This document shows, piece by piece, positions 24,801 through 39,782 of a stretch of 64,000 nt of DNA. How positions within the stretch are numbered: the first letter of the stretch is position 1; each line of letters begins with the position of its first letter. This DNA is from Octopus bimaculoides. Taxonomy: Eukaryota. The position numbers and the translations under genes are program-made. The DNA is taken from the NCBI RefSeq assembly GCF_001194135.2, contig NC_068987.1, positions 105,038,491 through 105,102,490 of the forward strand, written 5' to 3'. The notes below the pieces were generated by a model, which ran no database searches, was not told where the DNA came from, and was given only the letters and a program-made list of their open reading frames with translations.

Positions 24801-26539
24801 GACAGGAAAGTGTGGAGGTTCTGATAGTGAATTGGACTATGAAACAGGTCTTTGTCCTCATTTCTCTTTTATTTTTGTACATTTTACACAACTCTCAATT
24901 GGTATATTTTCTAATCATTACCAAGAAACGTATTTTTACAGATATATATTATACCCCTAGGCTACATTTCAACTCGCAGAGCTATTATTATGACTCATAA
25001 GATGTCAACATTGTCATTCATCATGTCACTGTCCCATGTCAGTAATATTTAAATGGATGTCTTTACTTTTTAATCATATTAAACCAAAATCTTCATTAGA
25101 CTAATTAAACAGCTTCTCAGCTCTCTATAAATGACACCTTGACTTTCTTAGCCATATTTAACTTTGATTTTATGAAGAGGAAAATTTATTCCAACTTATC
25201 CAATGTAAAAAGGGTAATAGAACATAAAATTCAGATCAGAATGTAAAAATTTAAGGGAAAATTATAATGATTTCTTGCATAGCACAAAGCTACAAATTTG
25301 TAGATGAATATACTTTGTCAAATTATCTCCAATACATGCCTACAAGTTATTTTATCAATGTCAGAGTATTAAAGGCAATGCTAATTCCAACAGAACAGCA
25401 TTTTGAAATGGAATGTAAAGATTCAAAACATTTAATCCAGTACTAATAGCATACTCAACTATTACTGGGATCCCCAAAGTAGAGAAAAACATATTTAGTA
25501 AATCTGAATTTGAAAGGAGTCAGTGAATGGCATTAATGTAAAGGCTTAAGAAAGTATTTCTTGATTGTACACAGGGAAAAAAATTCAGTAAACAATTGGC
25601 AAAGGTATTAATACTTCTTCAACAGGTTACAAGTTTAAAGATAATGTGCAAAGAGGAATAGATCTCATAAAACAATTCAACTTTTCTCAACAGCATACAA
25701 CTAAAGACTGATGTACATGCAAGGACAGTGGTGCTGTGGGGGAGAGGCTGTCTGACCCGGGTAACTTTTTTATATGGGCAGCACTTTTGGGCATGCTGTA
25801 TAAAGTTGGGGATCAAAGGGGCAGGGGACAAACTCAAGGGCTGCCCCAAGCAGCATACACTCAAGCTATGCCATTGTGCAAGGAAATTTATGAAAGGAGT
25901 GAGAGAATATTAGAAGGCAAAAGATTAAATTTTGGAAGTGTATTTAAGTTTACCCTCAAGTTCAGTCTAGAAACAAAAAGAAAACCGGAATTATTTTTCT
26001 TGAAATCAAAATATTTACATAACAAATAATAAAATTTGTAAAGCTTTAAGATACATATATGCATGTATGTATATATATCAACAGTTGTGTAGTCAGTAAA
26101 TGCTACAAATAGACATACTCATCATTCCTATTTCCCACTTTTTACCAAATTTCTTTATATAATTTCCAACCATTACAACCATAATCAAATTATGGGATTA
26201 ACGTAAGGGTGAATTTTTATATATAAAGTGATTCCTGTTTAGGCAGACCGTTACCATGACCAATGACCATCCAATGACAGTCTACTTTATTATAAAGTCT
26301 TGACCTTGACCATGTCTAATATGCAAATCTAGCTAAATGGCTAACTTGTGGGCTCTTATTCTCTTGTCTACAGATCCAAAGCATGATGGAACTTTCTCTG
26401 AGCCACATTCAGTTAAACCTGATATGCCCTAAAGTTCAATGATCTCCATCCCTCACTTCCACCTGTATGTCGACAACTTATTAGCTATCACCACCAACCA
26501 TGCCCAGTTTTATGCAGATGACATCACCCTTAAAACATC

Positions 26540-26581
<42 letters not shown>

Positions 26582-27459
26582 TATATAAAACAGTTACATT
26601 GTGGAAGAGGCAGTTAAACCACTATAAAATATACAAAACCTGTAACATTTACTTTTATTTCTTAAAAATAGTTTTGTCACACTTCAGTGATCTGATCGCT
26701 CACACAGTTCTAGGAAACACAACAGAATTATGTCAGTGATCAGGTCACAGAAGGACAACAAATTTCTGACATTTCATAATAAATAAAACAATTTAAAAAA
26801 ATAAACAAAATTGACCGCAACAGTTTTGTGCTTTTAAACAAGTAAAATTACACTTCTACATTGTAGTAATTGTTTTACTTTCAACACATGATCTCAGACC
26901 GAGTTACTTACCAACAAGTACAACTCCAATATACATAAATATTATACACATTGATTAAAAGAAATTGTTACTCGCACTGTGTACAATAAGATGTGAAATG
27001 ACAATCAACACATTTATTCTTAATGCATTCCAAAAGATTTAAACACAAAATATACTTCTTGCTCACGAGACATGTCAAAATACTGGTGTCCCAGAATCCC
27101 TTGCACCAATAAACCACGTGTGCCATGAACACACTATCTTTATAAAAAGAAGTTGTTCTCCAGTGATATACATAGCTATGACTCATATTTTGTGTTTGAA
27201 TCTGCCAGAACACATTAAGAACAAATATGCAAATCATTAAATACATCATCATCTTTTCATGGTATGTATAAGTTTATATATATAGCCATTGGTTATGGCC
27301 ACCCAAAATGATGCCATTGGTTTCACATATGTTATTGCTCTTAGCAACATAGGCAACTAATCAGACCTGCTGGCTAAAAGTATGTAAACTCTTTACTAAT
27401 CTACTCAAAACAATGTTTTAGTGTACACTTTTTTTCAGATTTATGAACAACTGACCAAT

Positions 27460-27510
<51 letters not shown>

Positions 27511-27891
27511 NNNNNNNNNNNNNNNNNNNNNNNNNNNNNNNNNNNNNNNNNNNNNNNNNNNNNNNNNNNNNNNNNNNNNNNNNNNNNNNNNNNNNNNNNN
27601 NNNNNNNNNNNNNNNNNNNNNNNNNNNNNNNNNNNNNNNNNNNNNNNNNNNNNNNNNNNNNNNNNNNNNNNNNNNNNNNNNNNNNNNNNNNNNNNNNNNN
27701 NNNNNNNNNNNNNNNNNNNNNNNNNNNNNNNNNNNNNNNNNNNNNNNNNNNNNNNNNNNNNNNNNNNNNNNNNNNNNNNNNNNNNNNNNNNNNNNNNNNN
27801 NNNNNNNNNNNNNNNNNNNNNNNNNNNNNNNNNNNNNNNNNNNNNNNNNNNNNNNNNNNNNNNNNNNNNNNNAGGTGTAAACCATTCGTTT

Positions 27892-27927
<36 letters not shown>

Positions 27928-27934
27928 TAGAGAA

Positions 27935-28001
<67 letters not shown>

Positions 28002-31000
28002 AACTTTTATATGTATGTATATATACATACCTCCTTTTTCTTCATTTCATCAGTCTTGTAAATTTCAGGATCTGTACTGTCATACTTTTTTTGTTTAGCT
28101 GAAGGAGTTGGGGCTTTACTCACTAGAAACAAAATAGAAACAGTTGTTACGATATAGATTTAACTAATGACTGTGTATATCTTAAGAAATGATACAATTT
28201 AATTGTAATATTTTGTTTTGGTTTCTTTTCTCCATGCTATAGGTAAAATTGCTAAGCAAACAATATAAACAAAACAACTTGTGTGAAAAAGTGCCACACC
28301 CTAGCAGTTGAGGGAACCTGTGGAAGAGGTAGACCCAGGAAGACCTGGAATGAGGTGGTGAAGCACGATCTTCGAACATTAGGCCTCACCGAGGCCTTTG
28401 GAAATATGCTGTGTGTGAGAAGACCTGGCAAGCCAAGTGAGACCATAACACGTGGCCTCTGCCAGGGGTGTAGCCAGCCCACTTATGCGTACCTTTCCTT
28501 CATGGACACTAAACTCTGTTTGCGAAAACTTGCTGAGGCAAGTGAAATGGAAATCAAATCAAATTCGCAAATTCGATGACTGTCACCCATGCCATTGGAG
28601 CGCTAATGTCAAAATTTAATTAAATAGATTTAAATATATTCTTTTCTACTGAAGGCACAAGGCCCAAAATTTGGTGGGAGGAGGCCAGTCGATTAGATCA
28701 ACCCCCAGTACACAACTGGTACTTAATTTATCAACCCCAAAAGGATGAAAGGCAAAGTCGACCTTGGCGGAGTTTGAACTTAGAACATAGACAGATGAAA
28801 TACCGCTAAGCATTTCGCACAGCGTGCTGTTTCTACCAGCTCACCGCCTTAGATTTAAATATATTAAATAAACTTTAGAACATACGTGATTCCATGTTGC
28901 CTGGCTTAAGACTAATTCTAGAAGCTTCAGCATCTACGCCACTCAGCCAATCAGAGCCACTTAAAGCTGGTTCCCACAACACTTTGGTGTCAGGAAACAG
29001 ATCGTCTTGAAAGAAGTTACTCTGGAAACAATGAAGAGAAAAAGGAGCATTTTAAACATTTGACTTATTACAGTGACATTTTTCAGACAAAGGCTAAGAC
29101 TTCAATAATAATAATAATAATAATCCTTTCCACTAAAGACACAAGGCCTGAAATTTTGGGGGAGGGGATTAGTCGATTACATCAACCCCAGTGTTTCCCT
29201 GGTGCTTAATTTATTGACTCCGAAAGGATGAAAGGCAAAGTCGACCTCCGCGGAATTTGACCTCAGATCATGCAGACAGACGAAATGCCGCTAAGCATTT
29301 TGCCAAGCATGTTAAAATGGTTTCAAATTTTGGCACATGGCCTTCATATTTGGGGGAGGGGTTAAATTGATTACATTGACCTAGGAGTGCTCAATTAGTG
29401 CTTATTTTATCGACCCCAAAAGGATGAAAGGCAAAGCCAACCTTAACAGAATATGAACTCAGAACATAAAGACAGACGAAATGCTGCTAAGCATTTTGCT
29501 CAGGTTGCTAACGATTCCACCAACTCACAACCTTTAATAATAATAATAATACTGACTGAACACCAACTAAAGACCTAGCAATCAAATATATAGAATCACT
29601 TAAGAAAATCTAATTTAGAGTTTATTTCATATAAATCAGAATAACTCATATAGATTCATACATTTTCTAATTTTACAAGATTTAAAAAATAAAATGGATA
29701 ATAAATTCAAATTATGATAAACGTAAACAAACAAACGAAGATTGCTTTTAGAAGCGTTGAGGTGTCTTAGAAAGTTAAAGAATTGGTTTTAAATTCTCAA
29801 ATGCAGGATAATACTAATAATATAGCCTGAACAGGATAAGCTACCCCTATTTTGAAGTAAAAAAGCATTGGCGGCCAGCTATGAGACTCAAATTCACACC
29901 TCCGTGATTACACGTCGCGGTGCTCTTCGACCGATTAAGGTAAACTACCCACCACAAGTTTTTCTGCAAATTTAAGATGTATAGAAATCTCGCTTTATGA
30001 GACGCTATCATATGTTAAATTCAAATTATGATAAACGTAAACAAACAAACGAAGTTTGCTTTTAGAAGCGTTCATTTATTTATGCACACCCTCAGAATAT
30101 ATCTTCTATGCTACCATTTACTTGTTTAAGTCTCTGGACTGTGGCCATTCTGGAACACCATCTTAAAGGGCTTTGGTCAAACAAATCAACACCTGAACTT
30201 ATTTTTAAGTCTGGTACTTATTCTATCGGTTTTCATTTGCCAAACTGCTAATTTACAGGGACGTAAACAAACCAACACCTTACACAAAGAATTAATGATC
30301 ATGGCTTGAATGCCTTTGTTCATAGGTTTGCTCAATGAGGGTTGAGCTGGAAATAAACAACAACAACAACAACATACCTTGACTCGGGGAACTTTAAAGG
30401 AGACGGGTTCTATATGTGTCAATAACAACCTCCATGCATGAGCAAATTCCACTTGACTAACATCACATGCAATCTTTGGCAAGAAAGATATGGCTTGGTG
30501 CAGATTACTGAACCGACAGGGGCTCAGTGGATTTAAGTGAGGAGCTTCGTGTGTTACTTCGAATGTAAATATAGTTCCATCTCCCTGAAAGCAGAATAAA
30601 TTATTAATAAACAGAATAAATTATTATATTAGAAAACAATCTGATTTGGCAGAGTTTCTACAGCTAGATGCCCTTCCTAACGCCAAGCACCCACTACACT
30701 CTCGGAGTGGTTGGCATTAGGAAGGGCATCCAGCTGTAGAAACTCTACCAAATCAGATTGGAGCCTGGTGTCGCCTCCTGGTCCACCAGTCCTCAGTCAA
30801 ATCGTCCAACCCATGCTAGCATGGAAAGTGGACGTTAAACGACGATGATACAATTTAGAAATCATATAAGATACAAATTCAGAAATACCCAAGAAGGATT
30901 CAATAACCAACTGGAGGAGGGTCCGCCTAGGGTTAAAAACAGTAGTAACATCGATTCTTATGGAACAGCCATATTGATGTGGCGGTAAACATTACTTCTC

Positions 31001-34000
31001 AGTATAGTAACTACTTTCATCTCTTATAGAGATTCTCTAACTAGCGACTTTGTTCAGTAAAATCTTACACAAAATTAACATTTGGTGTAAAGAAATAGAA
31101 AATCTGAAATGCATATATGGAGAATTAAGAAATAAATTGCAATTTACCCGTCCAGTAACAAATAATGTAGAGCTGTCTTCATCATAATGAGGAACCAATA
31201 TTGCTGGAGAAGAATCTAATTCAACTAAGTCTAGTGGTGCTCCTAATTCCTGTGCATCATATAAAAATAACTTGCGCTGGCTCATTCTAAAGGAAAATAG
31301 AAAGAAAAAAAAGGAAAATTCAACATCAGAAAAAAGTTTGTAACAAAGAACAACATACCTATAATTTAATTTGATTTCATCTAATTTCATTTTTGAGCAC
31401 TTTTTCTATAGGTTGGCTGGAGATGTAAATTTAGGCATTCCCATATATTGCTGAATATACCATTCAAATGGAAAAGAAGACTAAGCAACTGAATATATTT
31501 TATATTCTTCATAAACTTCAATACAACACATTGCTTGAAAAATACTGATTATCTTATACAAAAAACTTAAAAGAAATTAGATCTAAGAAATTTAGATTTA
31601 AGGCGGCAAGCCGGCAGAAACGTTAGCATGCTGGGTGAAATGTTTAGCGGTATTTCGTCTGCCATTGCATTCTGAGTTCAAATTCCGCCGAGGTCGACTT
31701 TGCCTTTCATCCTTTCGGGGTCGATAAATTAAGTACCAGTTACGCACTGGTGTCGATGTAATCGACTTAATCCCTTTGTCTGTCCTTGTTTGCCCCTTGT
31801 GGGCAATAAAGAAAAAAGAAATTAGATTTAAGATTTAAATAAGATATAACGGTAAGTACGGAAAAGGATTTTACTTTTAATAATCATCATCTTCATCCTC
31901 ATCATTTAACGTCTATTTTCTGTACTGGCATGAGTTGGACAGTCTGGTCAGAGCTGTTATGGCCAGGGGCTGCACCAGGCTCCATGGTTCTTTTATGGCT
32001 GGATGTCCTTCCTGATGCCAACCATTTTACAGAGTGTAACTGGGTGCTTTTTATGTGACACCAACACCAATGCTTTTAGCACAAGTGCTTTTTTATGACA
32101 CCAGCACCAGTATCAATTCTGTTGTGGTGGGTGGATCTTACTGAGTATGGACAGGTCAATAATCATTGTTTCTGACTTAGGCACAAAGCCAATAATTTTG
32201 GACAGTTTAAAGTCAGTCAATACCATCAGCTAGAGTACTTGATTGGTGTTTCATTTATTAATCCCAAAATTTTAGGCATTGAGTGCCTAAAAGTAATCTA
32301 CATTCCAAGCAATTATTCTTTTTCTTCACCTTTCTACACTTAGCAACTTCATTAAAAAAGATGAGCAGTGGAATAATTCCAAATAAAAAGTGATCATACC
32401 CACTTTTGCTGACCATCCACGCTATTATTGCAAGCCTTCAGACGAGATCCCCCAGTTTCCCTTTCTCTAAGTAATGGCTGTGTCAATCTGGTCAGTCTGG
32501 AGCGATGCAAATGTCATGAGCTCTACCTCTCCTTATATAAAGTTATCATCTCCAATATTTAAAGAAACCATTAACGAGCACCATCATCTTACCCAAAATC
32601 TAAAACTTTCCTTATATAACATAAAAGCATGATTTGATTAAACTCCAAATGAAATTGAAGGGAAACGTAATTTTAATTATAAATCATTTGATCTGATAAA
32701 AGTAAAATTTTAAACAATTACTACTTACTTGTCAAAACCAGTAGCAACAAGGAATTTGCCATTTAGAGTCCATACAACTCTGGCTCCTCGGCTTCCGGAA
32801 GGACCAGTACCTTCCTGCAGAATTAGAAAATTACATAAAGGAAACTTTAATGTATGAATAAATATATATATAAATATTAAAGGAAATACAGAAATACAAT
32901 TGACATATTATAAATTCAGTAACATTATAATACAATTATGCTATTAATAGGTATCATACAATATAATATAATATAAAATAATATAACAAATAATTAAAAT
33001 GAATATATATCCTACAATTTGATTTGATTCATATCCTTGGATTGAATAAACAGATATATATATATAAAGGATAAAACTTTTCCTTTTAAATTCTATCAAT
33101 GACCAGCATATAAAAATAGACCAATTAAGGTGAAATCACGTATATGATTATAATTAAGAGCATAGAACAAAATTTTTTAAAGCCTATATGTTGAAGATAG
33201 ACGCTAAATCGTCTCACCACTTTAAAAATCACAAAAATACACAGGCATGTATTTTTGTGACATGTTAGTTCATTACATGTTGTCCCCAAGCCAGAAGTTT
33301 TGGTATCTTATCACTCCAACTTACAATACGATTATCATTAGGATCAGCTCTGTAATTAATTACCTTAATAGGTTCTGTAGATACACGAGGTTCATAAACA
33401 CGTATTTTGCCATCTTTACATACTGTAGCACATTTCTTGCCACATGGACTCCAATCTAAAGTGAAAATCTGCAAAGAAAACAAAAAAGTTTACAACAAAA
33501 GAACCACTATCATCATCATGATTTAACAACCACTTTTCCATGCTTTGATGGATCAGAAAAAATTTGTTGAGAGAAACTTTCAACAGCCAAATGCCTGCCC
33601 TTGTTTCTAAGTCAGATAATATTCCTTATATCCATGGAAAATAGGAAACAAACAACATCACTTTTATGATCGTGCTAATTGTTTACAACATAATGTCAGG
33701 ACAATGGTACTTGCAAACACACACACAGATATATACACAATGAGATTCTTTCAGTTTCTATCTACCAGATCCACTGACAAGGGTATGGTCAACCCTGGCT
33801 ATAGCAGAAGACACTCGCCCAAGGTGCCATACAGTGAGACTGAACCTGAGACCTAAGGCTGTGTGAGTCGTTACACACAGCCACGTTGCCAATTCTGGAA
33901 AAATTTCAGTGAAAAATATGTCAGAATGATGAGCACCTACAGACTTTTATGCAAGCTATCTCACCTACATACAACTCATGTAACAAGATTAAGATTACAA

Positions 34001-36477
34001 AGAAGACTGATGAATATTATTTTGTTATAGTCACTGATTGTAAACATAAAGGCTTAAACCCAAGAAAGACTGAGCTACAAATGACAATTATCATCATCAT
34101 ATTTTAAGGTCCACTTCTCCAGGCTTGCACACACACACATACACACACATATAGAGCAAGCTTCTACAGTTTCCATCTAATAAATCTATTCAGAAGGTTT
34201 TAGCTGGCTCAGGGCTATAACAGAAGACACTTGCTCAAGGTGTCGTACATTGAGACTGAACAGGAAACTATCTGGTTAAGAAGTAAGCTTTGTAACCACA
34301 CAACCATGCCTGACCTCTATGTACTGTAATTCAAAGTAATCCAGATACCACAAAAGAAAAATGTTAATTTATCAGCATAAAAAAACCTAACTCTAAAGGT
34401 TTCACACAACACAGCTACACATCGACAAAACATTACCATTTTTATCAAACAATTTTCTAAACATAGAAACCAAAAACTAAACAAAGAAGATAGAAAGATG
34501 CAATGCCATTTTGGGCATTCTTGCATCTAGATCATGACCTAACTCCCTCTCATTCTAAACAAACTAAAGAATAGTACACAAACATATATTGTAGAGAAGC
34601 TGGAACTGACACTAAAACTGAAGACCAAATACCAAATTAGCCATGTGGGAACCATTGTCCATTCCGAAAATCTATTCCACTCCAAAATGTTCTTCCAGCA
34701 ACATAACCAAACTTACATATTACATCTCCAGCCCACTTACATCAATGTCAGCCAACAAGAGAATCTCTACATGATCACTCAAACTTACTAGAAATAGCAG
34801 CCAAGTATAACAAGCAAATAGAAGTCATAATTCAAAATTTCAAAAGTCTAATTATAAAAATCAATAAACATTGAATTTATTTTGGAATATCAAACCAAAT
34901 TCTTGACAATTCCTGAAAAATATTCAGAAAATAAAAAATTAAGTATGATTTTCTACATATTCTCACCTGGCTAGTATGTCCCTTAAGCTCTATAACTGCT
35001 TCCTGAGTTGTCAAATCCCAGATTTTCACAGTCATGTCATAAGAAGCTGACGCAAGGATATCTTTGGCAAGTGGGTGGAAACGTACAAAATATATTTTTT
35101 CCTGATGACCTGGAAAACACAAAGCATATAAGTTTTACTATTAAATTATTCAAATTCTAAGCAAATACAGGGTGATCCGAAAGTCTTGTCACCCCCTACT
35201 GAAAAGTAATAAGAATAATAGAGGAACAATATAATAATATCAAACGCATGTATTGGTTTCAGTGTATTCACTTTCATTGGAAACTGGTGCAGCCATATGG
35301 TTTGCCAGCCCTCAGTCAAATCGTCCAACTCATGCTAGCATAGACCAGGGATGTTAAACGATGATGATGATGATTGATGCTGACACTGTCGCACATCAAG
35401 AAGGTCTGTATGAACACCATCATTTCTGTGGCACAAAATAATTTGGTGCCATGTCCTGTGTGATATTTTATGAAGCTGTGCTTTGATGATTGTTGCAAAG
35501 GATGCCAAAACAGCGTCCTTCAAATAAGTATTCTGGTATCACTCTTGTGAAACCATGTCCTTGATAATAGAAAATTAAAACAATATTTACAGGTTGTAAC
35601 AAAACTTTTGGACCACCCTGTACAAATCAATCTCTTTATTTTGATACAAAATGTAAGTAGCTTGCTACAAATAATTAGTACAGTTTTATTTCCTTAAATC
35701 ATCTCAGTCCTAGCTATGTGGTTAAAACACTCATTTTGCAACCATGTGGTTTAGGGTTCAGCCCCATGGAGTGGCACCATATGTGACAGCTTTGGGTTGA
35801 CTAATGCCTTATAAATGCATTTAGTAGGTGGACAAAAGTATGGAAGCCTCTCATACATGTGCGTGCGTGTATGTGAGAGAGTTCCCACACCATTGCTCGA
35901 CAACTAGTACTGGTTTGTTTACATCCCCATAACTTGGCACTATGGCAAAAGAGAGCTTTAGAATAAGTACCGAACTTAAACAAAAAGCAAGTACTGGGGT
36001 TGATTTGTTTGACTACACTCTTCAAAGTGGTGCCTTTACGTAGTCAGAGAATGAAACAAGTAAAAGAAAGAAGAAAAACGATATTTTATTTTATAATGAC
36101 TCCAGGTGTCACAGGTGAGATGAGACAATGTGGAAAAACATTGTTAGCTCTTTGACCCAGTTCAGATATTAGAACAAATGATTACAATTATGGTAATTAG
36201 GTAACTTGATGCATGCAAGGAAATATCTAAAGCTTCTATTTTAATACTAGATCACTACCAAATGACAATATTATAAATTCTTTTATATCTCAAAGGTTAT
36301 TTTATGTGACTGTATCAACCAAAACACTTTGCTTGGTACACATTTCATCAACATCAAACAAAGATGAAAGGTAGTCATATAAGCATAAATGATAATAGAG
36401 GTAGACAGAAATAGCACAAAGAACTTTTGTTCAATGCACCATTTTTACCCCATGCCAGTACACACACACACACGCAC

Positions 36478-36513
<36 letters not shown>

Positions 36514-38507
36514 ACCACCTTCTTTCTTCTTCAGCTGTCTATCGTAGGTCAACATTGATTGTTCTTATTCAGTAATCATCTCTGGTAGGCTTGCATGTGG
36601 GCAACAAAGCCTGCCCTTAATTTGCAGCAGCAATGATACCAGAAGCTACTTGGCACAAAAGAGAAGTGACACCTCTCATGTACTCTTTCATATTCTCTCG
36701 TTTCTCCTCAATGGCTGCAATTACAAGTTTCAACATTTGGTGCTATTCATCGCACTGCAAGGCCTTCTCCTCCCTAATGTTTGGGGAAATCCCAGAGTTC
36801 TTCACATGTCTCTTCAGCACATCCCAGTATCACAATCTCTGACCACCACAGCTCCACTTGCCCTAAAGCACTTCAGTGTAGAAAACCGCTTTTCGGAGCC
36901 TGCTGTTCTCCATCCATCAACCAAAATTACACCCACAAGGTTTTATGTAATCCATTGTTCTAGTAGAAGACACTTCCTCTATATGCCATGAAGTTCCATC
37001 AAACCTGAAACCATATTGTTACAAAGTGAACTTATTAACCATACAGCCACATGTCTACAAGACGTAGACAAAGAGAAGGTTTCAGTTTGCGATTTACATC
37101 CTTTATCTTTTATTTATTTCAGTCACTGGAATGCAGACACGATGAGGCACTGCTGTGAAGGGAATTTTTAGTCAAACAAATTAATTCAGTATTGATTTTT
37201 AAACAAGGTACTTATTCTTTTGGTCTTTTTTGCTGAACCACTAAGTTATGGGGGTGTAAACAAACCAACACAGGTTGTCATGCAGTAGATGGGGGAAGAC
37301 ACACATATTTTATATATACACAACAGGCTTCCACACAGTTTCTATCTACCAAATTCACCCATAAGGCATTGGTCAGCCCAGAACTATAGTAGAAGACACT
37401 TGTCCAAGATGCCATGCAGTAGAACTGAACCTGAAATCACGTGGTTGCAAAGAGGGGTTCTTAACCACACGACCATGCTTGTACTCTATGAGAAAACGAG
37501 TTAAAAATAAATTTCAAATTAGTCATCCTGTTAGACATTGCTGGAATACAATTGCACTAAACGTATCTTACCAATTAACATGAATTCTGGTTCGCTCACA
37601 GATTCTTTCAAGCCACCTTCCGGAATGTTCCATACTCTAATTTTAGCATCATCACAGGCTGCAAAGAAAAAAGAAAATCTATGACATTAAAAACAACAGA
37701 GGAATTTTTTTTTTCTCTTTCTAACATAGGCGCAAAGCCTGAAATCTAGGGGACGCAGCCAGTCAGTTACATCGACCCCAGTATTTGAGTGGTACTTATT
37801 CTATTGCCCCCCCCCCAATACAATGAAAGGCAAAGTCAACTCCGGCAGAATTTGAACATAAAGCCAAAAGAAACGCCACTAGGCATTTTGTACCAGCTCG
37901 CCACCTTAACAACAGAAAAAGGGAAGAAAGCAATATTTATGAATCAAACTAAGTGGTTAGATGCAGTCAAGTGTGACTAAAGTTTCGTTTTCCTTGATTT
38001 CTATCATTAGCTGGAACGTGCTGCTCACATTCCTAAATAACACTTTGTGACAATGAGCCCAATGCTCTAACCACTGGAATAAGACCTACTGGATTCAGAC
38101 ATTCTTCCTGCTAACATATTGCCAGTAAAGATAGTGACTTACAATGCATACCAGTAGGGAATGAGTCATTTTGGAATTGTTGATTTGATACTAACTTATT
38201 TTATAATAGACATTTTAATATTTCTTTTGTTTTAAAGTTTCTTTCATTCTCTGCCTCCCTATCCCTATCTCTCTCTCTCTCTCTCTCTCTTTGTCTCCCT
38301 CCTCTCTCTCTGTATTCTTTTACTTGTTTCAGTCATTTGACTGTGGCCATGCTGGAGCACCACCTTTAGTCAAACAAATCGACCCCAGGACTTATTCTTT
38401 TTAAGCCTAGTACTTATTCTATCGGTATCTTTTGGCGAACCGCTAAGTTACGGGGACGTAAACACACCAGCATCAGTTGTCAAGCGATGTTGGGGGGACA
38501 AACACAG

Positions 38508-38538
<31 letters not shown>

Positions 38539-39742
38539 CATATATATATATGACAGGCTTCTTTCAGTTTCCATCTACCAAATCCACTCACAAGGCTTTG
38601 GTCAGCCCGAGGCTATAGTAGAAGACACTTGCCCAAAGTGCCATGCAGTGGGACTGAACCGGGAATCATGTGGTTGGGAAGCAAGCTACTTACCACATAG
38701 CCATTACTGCACCTATGTGTATGTTTCAGCGCATGTTCGTGTGTTTGTGTGTGTGTGTGTTTGCCTGTTTGCTTCCAGTGCCAAAAAGTACTGTTGCTAA
38801 AACAGGCTCAATGTTCAGTTAGCCATGTCAAATCACCAGCATCCAAACAACCGTACCCTAATGTCTTATTCCAATGCCAGTAATTATTTCTTTTAAATGA
38901 ACACACGAGTCATATCTACAGAGATGGGAAAGATACTCAGCTGAATAGATGGAAAAGAAACATTTCTGGTACTTATTTTACTGACTCCCAAGGAATGAAA
39001 AGCACAGTGAAACATGGCATAATTAGAACTCTGAATATAAATAGATAAGACAAAATGCAATAAGGAATTTAATTAGGCACTCATCTATTCCTGTTAAACT
39101 ACCACAGATGATACATTGTGAAATAAATTCTTAAACACAGCCATGCTTGGCCCATATAAATAATTACCAAACTTTTTGATCAGTTCAAATATGTTTGGGA
39201 TATATTTGACTAGTAAAAGAGACCATTTTTCACTACAATTTGCCAGGGAGAAAAATCCTCACTTTTGGTAATAGGTGTAATATGCAAAAAAATACCCACT
39301 ATGGACTAATATATGCATTTCAAGAAGTAACTTGAAATGCATATATTAGTCCACAGAAAACAACTTAGTGTTTTATACCTTTTGCATAAAGCAAGAATTT
39401 TTTCCTCTGGCAAATCGCAGAATAAATGGCCTTTTTACAAGTCAACTATTTCGCAAACATGTTTGAACTGATCGAAAACTTATTTTTATTTCACAACAGC
39501 ATTTTGCATGCCAACCATTTAAATAATTATATTTCAATACATACCAACAACTAGTCTTTGATTATTAAAAGGGTCCCAAACAAAATCTGTAACATTAGTG
39601 CCATGCTGAAGACTTGGAATTCCACAATCTGGTAAACGGCAGGGTTTATTCAACTATATTATAAGAAAGAAATTAGATGCAAAATCAGATTCCTATAATG
39701 AACAAATGAAAGTAAATCATGGTAGCAATACAAAAGAGGATT

Positions 39743-39782
<40 letters not shown>

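Noticed and set aside
26968-27252. ORF with SFYKDSVF resembling the coronin FFQDDLF motif
   Set aside because: No matching splice sites or downstream similarity; the true exon is 28886-29021.
27418-28102. Long ORFs of 155-189 aa
   Set aside because: They consist of N-gap and microsatellite translation.
36600-36900. Possible CR1/L2 3' remnants (also 47814-48056)
   Set aside because: Similarity too decayed to support a feature call by eye.
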